From the NCBI GenBank assembly GCA_028534125.1, contig CM052816.1, positions 30,816,001-30,880,000 of the forward strand: 64,000 nucleotides of DNA. Direction: 5' to 3'. Of this stretch, positions 26,721 through 39,654 are shown piece by piece. The stretch is from Lama glama. Its lineage: Eukaryota. Made by a program: the position numbers and the translations under genes. The first letter of the stretch is position 1. Each line of letters begins with the position of its first letter. The notes beneath the pieces are model-generated. The model did no database searches. It was given only the letters and a program-made list of their open reading frames with translations, and was not told the DNA's origin.

Positions 26721-27814
26721 AGTGAGCATCAGGGATTTCTGCTCTATTCCTCTGCCTCCCTCTGACCCCTACCTCTTCTTATTCCAAGTAACATTATAGA
26801 AATAATTTAGGAATTGAAAGAGTGAACAGAGAGTAGCTTTCTGAAAGAAAATTCTCTCAAATAGAATATCCTTTGTAAGTGAAAAGATATTTGAACCACA
26901 GTCATTCAAAGAAACTTGGATTTTGGGGGGTTGATGTATTTTTCAGAAGGCACAGTCTCAGACTTTAAAGATGTATTATTTTGTAGAGAAAGCTCTAAGA
27001 AAGCTCTTTGCAAGTTAACATTTCCTACTCTTTAGCTAGGAGTTAAATTAAAGTAAGTCTTAATGAATTGTTTTTATCTTTAAAACTAAACTATAAATTC
27101 TGCATTTAATAATATGCTATTAGTTAGGCAATAAAGGAGAAAGTCACAGCAGTATTGCTAATTTCAGTGAAAATTTTCAATTGATATATCATAGTCAACA
27201 TATATAGTCAAATTATAAGTCTGTAACTGATGATTATATATTTGAATACAATTTTTTTCTACTTAACAAATGTTTAGTGAACATCTACTATATGCTAGTA
27301 GTCTAAATGCTTAGGACGAAAAGTAAGAAAACCAGAAAAAAAAAATCACTTCTTTCATGAAGCACACATTCTAGAGGTAAGGGGACATGTATTTTACATT
27401 ATGTATCCATTTGCATTTTATATCACATACTTGATTATCAGAAAAAATGAGTAACTACTTCAAACTTAAGTCAGTTTCATGGATTCCTGAGGGTGAGCAA
27501 GAAAATCTTAAAACATAGCATTATCATACAAAATATACAATAATGGTCAAGTAAATATAGCGTATTTCCCCACCATGAAGATGTTACAATGCTCTATAGT
27601 ATATTAAAATAAGACAATAGTTAAGACAAAAAATGAATTTAAATGATTTCCAATGAGTTTCACAGTTACGTGGAATCTTGAGAATCATGTAGCCCAAACT
27701 TCTATTTTGCATAATGTAAAAGCAAATATAAAAGCAAAAAAAACTCCAAACCTAAAAGATCCAAAAAAGCATGAGGTCAAGTAGGCATTAAGATGTAATT
27801 AAAAATTAGGGATT

Positions 27815-29908
27815 ATAAAAAGAATTATACACCCTAAACAAGTGAAATTTATGCAAGACTGGTACAACATCAGAAAATGGATTAATGCAATCCATCATAT
27901 CAATAGGTTGAAAAATCAAAATCATATGATTTCAAACATAAATGCGAGAAAATCATTTGACAAAGTCCAGCACCCATTCATGATAAAAACTCTCAATAAA
28001 CTAGGAACAGAGCGGAATCACCTCAACTTAATAACGAATCTCTAGAAAAACTTAGAACTGACATCATAATTAATAATGAGAAACTAAAAATTTCCTAAGA
28101 TCAGGTAAAAGGCAAGGATGTCCTTTCTCACCACTCCTTTTCAACAGTTTACCGGAATTATAAGCTAATGCAGTAAGAAAGGGAAATAAAAATACACAGA
28201 TTGGGAAGGAAAAACTAGTACTGTCTTTGTTCACAGATGACATGATCATCTATATAGAAGCCTCCTGCAAAAAAATCAACCAAAAAACTCCCAGAATGAA
28301 TAAGTGATTATAGAAAGCTTGAAATATACAAGGTTAACATACAGAGGTCAAACCTTTTCTATGTAACTTCAATGACCAAGTGGAATTTGAAATTAAAAAT
28401 ACCACATTTACAATAACAATCAAAAAATAAAATACTTGGGTATAATCCTAAAGCAATGTATAAGATATCTATGAGGAGAACTGCAAAAATCTAATGAATG
28501 AAATCAAAGAACTAAATAAAAGGACAGATATTGTATAGTATTATGTTTAGGAAGACTCAATATTGTCAAGATGTCAGTTCTTCCCAACTTGATCTGCAGA
28601 TTCAAAATAATTCCAATCAAACTTCCTGCAAGTTATTTCATGGACATTGAAATATTGATTCTAAAGTTTATATGGAGAGATAAAGACACAGAATAGCTAA
28701 TGCAATATTGAAGGAGAAGAGTAAGTCGGAAGGCTGCTGTTACTCAACTTTAAGAATTACTGGGGAAAGAGGGTAGGAAGGGATAAATCTGGGAGTTTGA
28801 TACTTATAAATGTTAGCCACTATACATAAAAACAGATTTTTTTAAAAAAGTTTCTTTTGTATAGCACAGGAAACTATGCTCAATATCTTGTAATAACCTT
28901 TAATTGAAAAACTATGAAAACAAATATATGTATGTATATGCAAGACTGGGACATTGTGCTGTAACACCAGAAATGGACACATTGCAATTGACTCTAATTT
29001 AAAAAAAAAAAGAGGAAAAAAAAAAGAGTTACTATAGACTTAGAGTAATCAGTACAGTGTGGTACTGCCAAAGGATAGATGAATAGATCAATAGTTTCAA
29101 ATAAAGAATCCAGAAACAGACCCACAAGAGTACAGACAATTGATCTCTGACAAAGGAGCAAAGGCCATACAATGGAACAAAGACAGTCCCTTCAACAGAT
29201 GGTGACGCAGCAACTGGACATCTACATGCAAAACCATGAATGTAGACACAAATCTTACACCCTTCACGTCAATTAACTCAAAATGGATCACTGGCCTAAA
29301 TGTAAAACACAAACATACAAAGATAGATAACAGAACACAGAAGATAACACAGGCGAAAACCTAGATGACCAATAGTATGGTTATGACTTTTTAAATACAG
29401 CACACCCAAAGCCATGACTCATGACAAAAATAACTGAAAATCCATACTTCATCAAAATTTAAAAATCCTGCTCTGTAGAAGACACCATCAAGAGAATGAG
29501 AAGACAAGCCACACTGGAAAAAAATAAAATACTTGCAGAAGGCAGATATGATAAAGAACTGTTATCCAAAATATACAAAGAACTTTTTAAATGCAGCAAT
29601 AAAACAACCTGATTAAAAGTGGGAAAATGATCTTCAAAGACCTCTCACCAAAGAAGATAGACGAATGGCAAATAAGCATTTTGAAAAGATGGCCCACATC
29701 TTATGTCATCAGGAAAATGGAAATTAAAACAATAATGAGGCAGCACTACACACTTACTGGAATGACCACAATCTGGAACACTGATGACACCAAATTCGAG
29801 GAGGACTTGAAACAGGAATTTTCATTCATTGCTGGAGGCAATGCAAAATGGTATAGCTATTTCGGAAGACAGTTTGGTGGTTTCTTACAAAACTAAACAC
29901 ACTCCTTA
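27815..29908 (+). mobile_element. L1 ORF2 (reverse transcriptase to C-terminal region), pseudogenised and interrupted by a younger L1 at 28762-29023
   Basis: ORF 27842-28045 ([26 protein letters not shown]...[17 protein letters not shown]) matches the L1 RT. ORF 29627-29896 (IRKMEIKTIMRQHYT) matches the ORF2 C-terminal IREMQIKTTMRYH motif. Confidence 0.95.
28762..29023 (+). mobile_element. Young 5'-truncated L1 3' end nested in an older L1
   Basis: gggataaatctgggagtttga...tgtatagcacaggaaactat...poly(A); TSD aagaattact (28752-28761) / aagagttact (29024-29033). Confidence 0.9.
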
Positions 29909-30019
29909 AGAATAAAAAGGGAATCTAAGACCTAAATCTAACAATTAATTCATCAAGTTAATATCTATCTCAAGGCTGAATCTGTGAAGTGCAACTATGA
30001 AAAACCATCAAAAAATAAT

Positions 30020-30230
30020 GCTTACAATTTATTGGGCACCTACTATATGCCAGTTAACATGCAGGACTTTGCTACAGTCGTATGATCCACATATTTTATC
30101 CTCATTTTTTACAAATGAGAAGAGTGAAACTAAGAGATGTTACACAGCCCACAGTAACACCTAGTAAGCAGACCATCCATACCCAAACCAAGGTCTGTCT
30201 AAAACCGCCACCCATGTTCTCAATAGTTCT
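30020..30230 (-). mobile_element. MIR SINE
   Basis: tttattgggcacctactatatgcca...ttatcctcattttttacaaatgagaagagtgaaac. Confidence 0.65.
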
Positions 30231-30393
30231 AGGTCAAAAGTCAGGTAAGTGAGCTCTAGCACCATCTCTTCTTCTGTCACCAATTGTTTTCTGACTCAAA
30301 TTTGTAAATTACACATAAGAAAATCAAACAAATAATCAATGTATAAGGACATTAAGTAAAAGGCTATATAATTTAAATTAGGAAGTTTTAAGC

Positions 30394-30435
30394 CAGAGAG
30401 AGAGAGAGAGAGAAAAAACAGAGAGAGAGAGAGAA
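30394..30435. repeat. Interrupted (GA)n microsatellite
   Basis: Directly visible. Confidence 0.9.
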
Positions 30436-30694
30436 GATAGAGTATGCGAGAAAAGAAAATACATATATATATAAATGTGAGCAGAGAAGCATAATGAGAT
30501 TAACCAGAAATGGAAACAGACAAAAAAGGTAATTGAGAAGTAAAAAGGGAAATCAACTCTTACATAAGCATCTCTTGAAAGTAAAGGAAGCAAAATAAAA
30601 GCTCAAGCCTACTGAAATGAAAAGGGAAAATGGTAACGGTTGGGAAAAAACAGAACGGCAAGCCAAGAGAGTTAATGTTTTAAGAGATACGTAA

Positions 30695-31098
30695 AATAAG
30701 AAATCTTGTCATTTGCAATAACATATATGGACTTGGAGGGTATCATGCTTAGTGAAGTAAGTCAGACAGAAAAAGAAATATTGTATGTTATCACTTGTAT
30801 GTGGAATCTAAAAAATAAAACTAATTAGTGAATATAAAGAAAAAGAAACAGGTTTGCACATATGGAGAACAAACTAGTGGTTACAGTTGGGAGAAGGAAG
30901 CGGGGAAGGGAAAGAGAGGTGTGGGATTCAGAGATACCAACTACTGTGCATAAAATAAATAAGCTACAGGGATATATTGTACAGCACAGAGAACACATCA
31001 ATATTTTGTAATAACTATAAATGGAATATAATCTAGAAAAGTTTTGAATCACTATGTTGTATACCTGAAATATTGTAAATCAACTGTATTTCAATAAA
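30695..31098 (+). mobile_element. L1 3' end (cetartiodactyl-type), followed by (TACA)n at ~31109-31140
   Basis: gaaatcttgtcatttgcaataaca...atgcttagtgaagtaagtcagacaga...gaatcactatgttgtatacctgaaa...aataaa; parallels 62760-63160. Confidence 0.92.
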
Positions 31099-33739
31099 CA
31101 TTCTTATAAATACATATACACATACATACATACATACATAGGAGGAGGAAGCCAAAAGGAAGGGAGAAAAGCAGCAATGGGAAACATTTGTAGGTGGACA
31201 CTGGAAAGACTGAGAATAGATATAAAATGAAATGCATTGAGTATAGTTGGCATTACCTTAGACATAATCAAAGAGAGAAAAATATGACAATGATGATTGA
31301 ACACGTGTATATAATTTTTTAAATAAAATAAGTTAAATATTGTAACTGGATCTAATGTAAGGCACAAAAAATAAATAGAAACCCCACTGTCATATATTGG
31401 TGCTAGGATGATTTTGATAAGCCAAACATCTGCTGAAGGAATTACTTCTTGACATTACTAAATTGTTAATACAGTAAAACACTGAGTACTCTTATAAAAC
31501 TGGCTTCTTTTGAGTTGGCCAAATTCAATTTCTGTGCATAATTGAGTATATAAAGTTATGAAAACAATACGAATCTTTACATGCTTCTTTGTTTTATATG
31601 CCTGTATATCCTCTACAACAGTCTTTTTTTTTTTTTTGGCTGGTAAAATTGAAATTGAAAAAGGAAATAGTTTATAAATGAAGTATTTATTATTGCTGTA
31701 AGAATAAAGATGTGTGGATGATACGTACATGAAGTCCACTAGCTCCTGAAACCTGCACAGATGAACTCTAAGCTTTCCTGCTCTTAAGGGAGGACACCCA
31801 GGAAGTTACCCCCTTTCAGGAGAGGCTCAGTTGTTACTGAGAGCAAACGTGCTGGGGCAGCAGTCTGTCACAGTAAGTACTGGTATTATCCCTTCTGGAG
31901 AATGTCTGAGGTTTAATTTCAGATCTATAACTTTTTGCCATTGGTGTACTATCAAATATTTCTGGAGAGATGGAGGGGAAAAATTACCTTTAAAAGCCAC
32001 AGAGTATAGTCTAAACTATTTTTGTGTCTCAGAATTCTGAAGTGAGACCAAAGAAACTGGAACATAAAAAGTGTATGTTTTAAACTTGTCTTTTAAGTTC
32101 TAATATCACAAATCATCACTTAGGTTCACTCAACTTTCATAGCTGAATATTTTTAAGAAATATTAATATTTGCCAGTACACACACTCTCTCAAATACTCT
32201 GCTAAGTAGCTCTCCAAAAATATTACAGATACTTGTTTTTTTTAAAAAATGAAATGATGGTAATAAAGTAAGTGTCAGAGAAACTGAGTAACTTGCCTCC
32301 GTCTACCCAACTAGCAATTTTCATAGCTAGGAATCAATCTGGATATTAAAAACTGTAACTTTACAATTCAGTTTCCTGAATCAGGCTGTTGGGAAGTGAA
32401 GCTCACCTTTTTAAGGATATCCTGATGCACAACCAGGATAAGCAATCACTACCTTGTACCTACAGTGTCCACAAACATACCTGCAAACGCCTTGGGAAGT
32501 TGAATCATCACCAAAATAAACATAGCTAAAAATCAAAATGAAACAAAACAAAAATCCACCTCATTATCTGGGCCCTGAACTCAAATCAGTATTTCTGTAA
32601 ACACTGTCAATGACCCTGGTTACATAATTCGGCAGGCTTATGCATATATGTCTATCCAAGCTCAGTCTGATACGCATGGCACTCTAGCGAAGAGTCAGAT
32701 AGTAGCCCTTTCTCTCCTTTGAGACGTCTGCATTTCTCCGCTATTTACTCATTTAAATGCTTGTGTCTCCAAGTCAGAGCCAGTAAAACAATAGAAGAGC
32801 ACAAAAGAAAATGCATTTGAAATCAGAATGTATTACAAACACACACAAAAAACTAAATACGAGGGAGAAATATAAGAGTAACAAAAGTAGGGAGAAGACC
32901 CATATTAAGTGCAGTTATCTTACAAAGGTTGTCTAAAAGTGGAACTTTCAACCTCCACCCACGTTGTCTCAATCTTTATTTTGTCCTCATGTACAGCACT
33001 GGTACTTTTCAAGAACACTTTTAAGCATACCTCTTATTTTTGGCAGTAATTCAGAGAGGAGCAACCGTTTAGCATGTAAGGAATTTTGCCTTATTGAAAA
33101 AAATCACAAAAGTGATAGAAATAAAATTGTAGGAAATAATAAAAAGAGAAGGTAAATTTGGGTTACAGAAGCAAGAACACATATGAATACATAATGAAAG
33201 ACATACAAACTGAATTACCAGCGAAAATATGGAATTACAGAGTTAAAAGAAAATGGCATTTCCTCATTACTAAAAAGCAGTGGTTGAGCATTTTTACTGA
33301 GGAGATTTATTCTTATATCAAGTTTGTAGAATAATAACAAAAGTTAACAATTACTTACAGAGTGAGACACTGTGTTAGACATTTGCATTCATTCACTTCT
33401 TAAAACAATTCTCTAAAGTATGTATAACCCCCATTTAACTGAGGAGAACACTAAGACTCAAAAGTCATGTGTCTGAAATGGGCTGCCAAAAATAGCAAAA
33501 GCAAGACCAGATCAGATCAGGCATGTAGGGACAGAACCTTATAAGACGGACCAATAACTTCCTGGTAAGACCCATCAAGTAGATATCACAAGGCAGGTAG
33601 TAGGTGGACTGAAATACTTTGTTTAATATCCATAGCACATGCTCAGTATCTGCTTTGGCTCAGGCTCTCAGTAGAAATGGCCTCTTTCAGGTCATTCATA
33701 TTGATCTAGACTAGGCTGAGACACATGGATAAATCAAAG

Positions 33740-34600
33740 GATCACTGTAGCTGCATCTTTCAAAATGAGCTAAAAATATTTTTTTAAATAACAAATTACT
33801 TGAAAGAGCAAAATAAACCAGAAACGGAAAAATAAAAACGGAAATTAAAGAAATTAACAATTCAAACAATAGAACTGAGCAAAGAATGAGAAAATATGTT
33901 CTAGAAATGAAGACAAAACTACAAAAAACACATATAGGCATATAAGCACAACAGATAATGTTCTAAAAAGAACAGAAGGTAAAAGAAAGAAATGTTTAAA
34001 AATCAAAGAGAAGTGAAAAAGGATATATAAAAAATTTTTTAAAAAGGTAACAGATGTAGGACACGGACAAAAATGATCCAAAACACCTACATTATGTGAT
34101 TCTCTGAAAAAGAAATCTAAATCAGAGACCAAAAACTACTAAAAGTTAAAATACAAGAAGACTCTGAAAAAAAAACAAAAAAAAGACTTGAAACTAGAAA
34201 CTCAAGGAATAGAACACAAATCTAGACAAATAGACCAAAAATTGCCATTAGTGAGACATACTCTGGTAAAACTACTGAAATTAAAACAAAAAATCCTCTA
34301 GACACTCAACAAAAATGAAAACACAAGGGGAAGGAAATTAGACTGTCGGACTTTTCTTTAACCGTCCTTTAGGTTAGAAGACACGAGAGTAACATACCTG
34401 ATACTTAAGGTGAGCTTAGGAGCTGATCCAGCCAAACTTTCAACTATAAAGTCTTCAGATTAACTGTTATGACAACCAACTACATAGGACATTCTGTTCC
34501 TAGTAGCCCTTTATGAAAATATTACTAGAGAAAGAGCTTTAGACAACAAAATGAATGAAGAACTGTAACAAGAGACCTGGTGGCGAGCATTCAATACATA
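33740..34600 (+). mobile_element. Decayed L1/HAL1 ORF1-like region
   Basis: Very A-rich, with ORF1 motifs (gagacatactctggtaaaactactgaa; aaattagactgtcggacttttc). Confidence 0.55.
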
Positions 34601-35239
34601 CTTACCTGTAGGACTGTAAAAACTATGGTTTTTAGAGATGTATTATAACAGGTAGCAGCTGTGTGTTCTGACAATATAGGTAATTTGTCAAAAAGGGGTG
34701 GGGGATGAAAAGAATACATAAAAATTAGAATAAACAGCTTTTACATATTAGCTGGGAGAAAAGGGTTATTACTGCAAATCATTTCCTGGGAGATTAATGA
34801 CAGGGTCTACTCTCCAGGGGAAAAGATTTTTCCAGAGTCTAATCCCACCTGAGGAAACAAAACTCCCGTGACACTGATACTGTTCTAACCTTTCTTTCTG
34901 TTGTAAAATAGCCAATGGGGGCCAGTTTGATTTTAAAAAGTAGACTGAGAATGCTGCAGTCAGGGAAGGAGGTAGGAAGTGGTGTGAAAAAAGAAAAACA
35001 GGAAAATCCCTTTGGAAAGCCAGTGCTGGGACACCAGTACCCTAACAGACTGAGACTGAACCCCAAAAATCATAGAATACTTCCCCCTGCCCCACACTTC
35101 AGACTCTAGTATAATAACACTGATAGACTTCAGAACAGTAACAGTGGATCACAGCTGGAAGAGCTCAAGACAGATGATCTCAGAGGAGGAATGCTTAGGG
35201 AAGAACACAGTCAAGAGAAATAAAAGCAAGAACCAGGTC

Positions 35240-35487
35240 ATTTGGGAGTTTGAGATTTAAAGATACTAACTAGTATATATAAAATAAACAGCAAGTTTAT
35301 ACTGTACAGCTTAGGGAACTATATTTATCAATACCTTATAGTAACCTATAATGAAAAAGAATATGAAAACAAATAAATGAATGTATATGTATGACTGAAC
35401 TATTATGCTGTACACCAGAAATTGATACAACATTGAAAACTGACTATACTTCAATAAAAATAAATAAGTTAAAAAAATAAATAAAAA
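35240..35487 (+). mobile_element. Young 5'-truncated L1 3' end
   Basis: tttgggagtttgagattt...ctataatgaaaaagaatatgaaaac...tgctgtacaccagaaattgatacaacattg...aataaa and A tail; same family as 28762-29023. Confidence 0.9.
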
Positions 35488-35940
35488 GAATACTAGAGGA
35501 ACTTGAAACCTCTGGCACCTGTAGCTACAACTCCTAGCTAGGCCACCATAAATGCTTACACTATAGGTCTATGTACTTCAGTTCCTATTATCCTAACATC
35601 ACGTATGGACGACCAAAAAAACTAAAAGGCATGACAAAGGACAAGAAATACAGTCTAGCGACAAGCATCAGAATCAGGTATGACACAAATGCTAAAGACA
35701 GTAGGTAAGGAATTTGAAATAACCATAATTAATATGTCAACAACTGTAATAAAAATGTAGGCAGCATGCAAAATCAAATGAGTAATATACACAAAAAGAA
35801 ACTCCAAGAATAAAGCACAAGAAATTCTAGGAGGAAAAAAAAAAACCTAGCAAAAAAATGAGGAATGCCTTCAATTAGCTCATGAGTAGATGTAACATGG
35901 CCAAGCAAAGAATTAGTGAGCTTAAAAATAGGCCAAGAGA

Positions 35941-36032
35941 TAGCTCAGTGGTAGAGTGCATGCCTACCATGCCTAAGGTCCTGGGTTCAATCCCCAGTAC
36001 CTCCACTAAAAAAGAAAAAAAAAAAAGAAAAG
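35941..36032 (+). mobile_element. Short tRNA-derived SINE, camelid Vic-1-like
   Basis: tagctcagtggtagagtgcatgcct...ggtcctgggttcaatccccagtacctcca plus A tail; perfect 16-bp TSD aaaataggccaagaga (35925-35940, 36033-36048). Confidence 0.92.
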
Positions 36033-36390
36033 AAAATAGGCCAAGAGAAATTTCATAATCTGAAATGCATGAAACAAAGAATGAACAAGAACACAGTATC
36101 AAAGAACCAGGAAGCAATTTCAGTAGGTATAACAAGCACACCATTGTAATTCCAGAAGAAGAAGGAGAGAACAGAGCAGAATAAATATTGGACGTAATAA
36201 TGACATTGTCGTATTTTGTATGGGATTTGCAACAGGAAAAGAACAATAGATAAGACTAAGAAAATCTGAATAAAGTATACTCTTTGGTTAATAATATGTC
36301 ATCAATATTGGGTCATTTATTTTTGACAAACTATCATACTAATGTAAGATGTTAATCAATGGGGAAATGGCATATAAAGCATTTAAGCAT

Positions 36391-36837
36391 TGTGTTAGTT
36401 TTCCAGAGAAATAGAAAACAAATTGTTCTGAGGAATTGGCTCACATGATTATGGGGGCTGAGAGGTCCCCCTACCTGCCATCTACAAACTAGAGACCCAG
36501 GAAAGCTGGTGTTATAATTCAGTCTGAGTCCAAAGGATGGGGGCAGGGAGTGGAGGATGGTGTAAATCCCAGTCTAAGGGCAAGAGATGAGATATCCCAG
36601 CTTCACTAGCGAGAAAGGGAAAAAAAAAAAGTGAAATCCTCCTTCCTCCACTTTTTATTCTATTCAAGGCACTCAAAGGACTAGATGGTGCCTACCCTCA
36701 CTGGGCAGGGTCAGCTACTGAGTCCGCTGATTGAAACACTAATCTCTTCTAGACACCCTCACAGACACACACAGAAATAACTTTTAACCTGGGCATCTCT
36801 TAGCCAGTCAAGTTGACACACAAATTTAACCATCACA
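36391..36837 (-). mobile_element. MLT2 (ERVL) solo LTR inserted in an old L1 3' region
   Basis: gaggaattggctcacatgattatgggggctgag; ends ccagtcaagttgacacacaaatttaaccatcaca, the reverse complement of the MLT2 start. Confidence 0.92.
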
Positions 36838-37069
36838 GAAGCTCTCAGTAATATCTTGGCAATTTTCAATAAATCTAAAACTATTCTAAAATTAAACGTT
36901 TTTTTTTTTAAGAATTCAAAAATATATCAGCCAATTAAAATGTATGGATTTTGATTCTGATCATTTTAAAACAGTAACATTTATGAGACAATTAGAATTT
37001 TGAACAAAGATTGGCTATTTAATGTTAATAAGTACTATGTTCATTTTTGGATAATATTTTATTTAAAAA

Positions 37070-37236
37070 AGTTTCTTCTGTATAGCACAGGGAACTATCT
37101 TCAGTATCTTGCAATGACCTCTAATGAAAAAGAATATGAAAATGAATATATGTATGTATATGCATGACTGACCTTGGGCTGTACACCAGAAATTGACACA
37201 TTGTAGCTGACCACTTCAATTAAAGAAAAAAAGAAA
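37070..37236 (+). mobile_element. Young 5'-truncated L1 3' end inside an old L1MC-like 3' region (~36930-37450)
   Basis: tgtatagcacagggaactat...aatgaaaaagaatatgaaaatgaatatatgtatgtatatgcatgactg...tgtacaccagaaattgacacattg plus A tail. Confidence 0.88.
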
Positions 37237-39596
37237 ACTTCTCCTATAGCAATGCAAACTGAAATATCTGTTGATGAGATAATGTATGTTAGGGACTTGC
37301 CGTAGATTAAGAGTAAAAGAGGGGAAGTAGGTAAGTTATGGATAAAGCCAGACTGACAGAAGTTAAAGGTTGCTTGCAATGGGGTACAGGTGCCCACGTC
37401 TCACTGTACTGTTCTGTCTGCTTTGTATATGGTAGACATTTATCTAATGAAGTATTTTAAGAAGTTTCATACGGAAACATGCACCACTTCTCAACTGCTG
37501 GTGTGGGCAATTAAGAGTAAACAAAATCAAAAAACAGACTAAATTTCTCTCAAAGCTAACCAAGGGCAGTTCAGCAAAAACATTTTAAAATACACAAACT
37601 TGGATTCTTTAAATACACTAATTTCATTTTCTTTAACAGCAACAACAAAATGCCCTTCAGTAACAGACCATCTGGGTGCTATGTGTGCCACCATACCTTG
37701 CATTCCTATTTGTTTGACACACAGATACGTAGATAAAGAATAGCAATGCACACAGATAAAAAAAAAAAAGGGGGCAAGGCTGCCTCTGAGCTAATATTGA
37801 ATTAAACTAGTAGACGGCAAGCAGCTGGGAGAAGCCCAGGCTGACACACCAAGTGAGACGGCGCAAGGGCTGCACGTGAGTGAAGCCATCATAGCATATT
37901 GGGCACAGGCTTTCTGCCTCTTCAGAAGCATTGTAAACAATTAGTAATGCGTTGCTTTAAAAAAAAAAAAAAAGAGTAAGAGTTGTAGTACAAATAAGAT
38001 GAAAGTCTAAACTGGTATGCAAAATAAATTCCATCTTACCTTTTCCTCACTAGCAAAGCCACTCTTTAAAGATAATTATACTTATTTACCTATCTAGGAA
38101 ACTACAAATAAATGCACGGTGTGCACACACACTATTTTGCATTCAAAGTCAGTATGACATATGAAATGTAAATCTTATTAAATAAGGGGCATGAGATTTT
38201 GGGAGGGAAAATAGAGCCTTTATGAAACAGTAAAGAAGGCTTTCAGAAGTAACTGAGACTCAAGTTGCATAATAAAAGAGGTTTAAAACTATTCTGGCTT
38301 AAGGCTTTATACACGTCATTAACATCTACCACTTCAAGTCACTTAAAATTAGGCATCCCAGCACTTAAGTTCATAGTTTCCTTGCTTCAAGAAAGAATAG
38401 GAGACCAAAAAAAAAAAAAAAAAAAAAGGAAAAGGTTAAAATACAGCATTTCAGTGCTGAAATATGGGAATACGGGCAAGAAACCTAAGGGAATATAGAA
38501 AGATACTAAATTGAATTTCTGTGCCTCACCAGATGTCATCTCACTTCTAGAATTTTCAGCCCTGTGAAAATTAGTAATGGTTGAAGAGGTGTAAAATTGT
38601 AAACCATGTTGAAAAAACGGGACAAGCTTCTATATGCTGGTGACAAGGACTCAAGAGAAACACAGCAGTCGCTAGCTGAGTCTGAATTAGGGTTTTTGAA
38701 AGGAGGCATCTCCACGTCCAAATGAGCCGCTCTTACAATAATTTTTTCTACTGAAACTTTGGGGGTAGTCTGTAATTTGAATTCATATGGGACATATGTT
38801 ATATTTGGTTCTGCATTAGCTATATGCACACAGATTTCCATGCTATGTGTTGTTATTTATGAGTACGGAGAAATTTAAGCCCAAGTCCTGATAACCGAAA
38901 TTGTTTCCAGCGTGAATTCTCCATCTCAAAAAATGTATAATTATGTGGCCCAAAATTTGGCACTGGGTATAGATCATTTTGAGCTGTGGAGGTTAAGGGA
39001 AGGAAAAGTTTTCAGAAACATTTGGAAGTCCAGGATACAATCACTATCATTACTGTGATATAAATTGTGGAAATTCATATTATCAGAAAGATACAGGGAG
39101 ATTTGTTTGGGAACACCTGGAGGATAACTAAGCAATCAAGCAAAAAGAGAGAGAGGAAAATGGCGAAAGGAGAATTTATTTCCTCAATGTTGATTCTGTT
39201 GCCAAGTGTCTCAATTAGGGAAGAAAATGCAACTAACAGACTTAGTGATTGGTGAAGTTTTTAATACATTGCCTCAACCCATGTTACTCAATATATAACT
39301 CAAATGGGCTTGAAAATGAACACTTTCACCTCACAGAAACTGTAAGCTTGGCTGAGAGAAGACAAACTAAAAACGCCGATCAAATCAAGGTAAATGAAGT
39401 GACTAGAACTGTAGAAACACTGAAGTCAATATGTGGCTGAATGTTTTTTTTCCCACAAATGTAGTCTCTAAGTTGTCCACGTGGGTGATGTCCACCCCCC
39501 CTTTAATATGAAAGCCTCGGAAGAGGTTAGTATGCAAACTCACCAAAGAAGACGCAGTCAGTCTCCCGCTGTAGTGACAACGATGAAGGTAAGAGC

Positions 39597-39654
39597 AGAA
39601 GGCAAAGAGCATGCGCCTTTGTAGCAAGAAGGCAAGGAGCATGCGCATTTGTAG
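39597..39654. repeat. Tandem duplication (two 28-bp units, period 30), each with an NRF1-like GAGCATGCGC
   Basis: agaaggcaaagagcatgcgcctttgtag / agaaggcaaggagcatgcgcatttgtag, 2 mismatches. Confidence 0.85.

Larger units (their letters stand above)
34800..36210 (+). mobile_element. Old L1 5' UTR/ORF1 region hosting two younger insertions
   Basis: aggaatttgaaataaccataattaatatg and aatgccttcaattagctcatgagtagatgtaacatggccaagcaaagaattagtgagctt are ORF1 motifs. Confidence 0.7.

Noticed and set aside
35941..36006. Functional tRNA gene
   Set aside because: The 5' acceptor stem is missing, and a poly(A) tail and TSD mark it as retroposed.
39597..39654. CRISPR-like array or other prokaryotic system
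   Set aside because: Only two adjacent units with no spacers, in clearly mammalian DNA; no cas or bacterial genes anywhere in the window.
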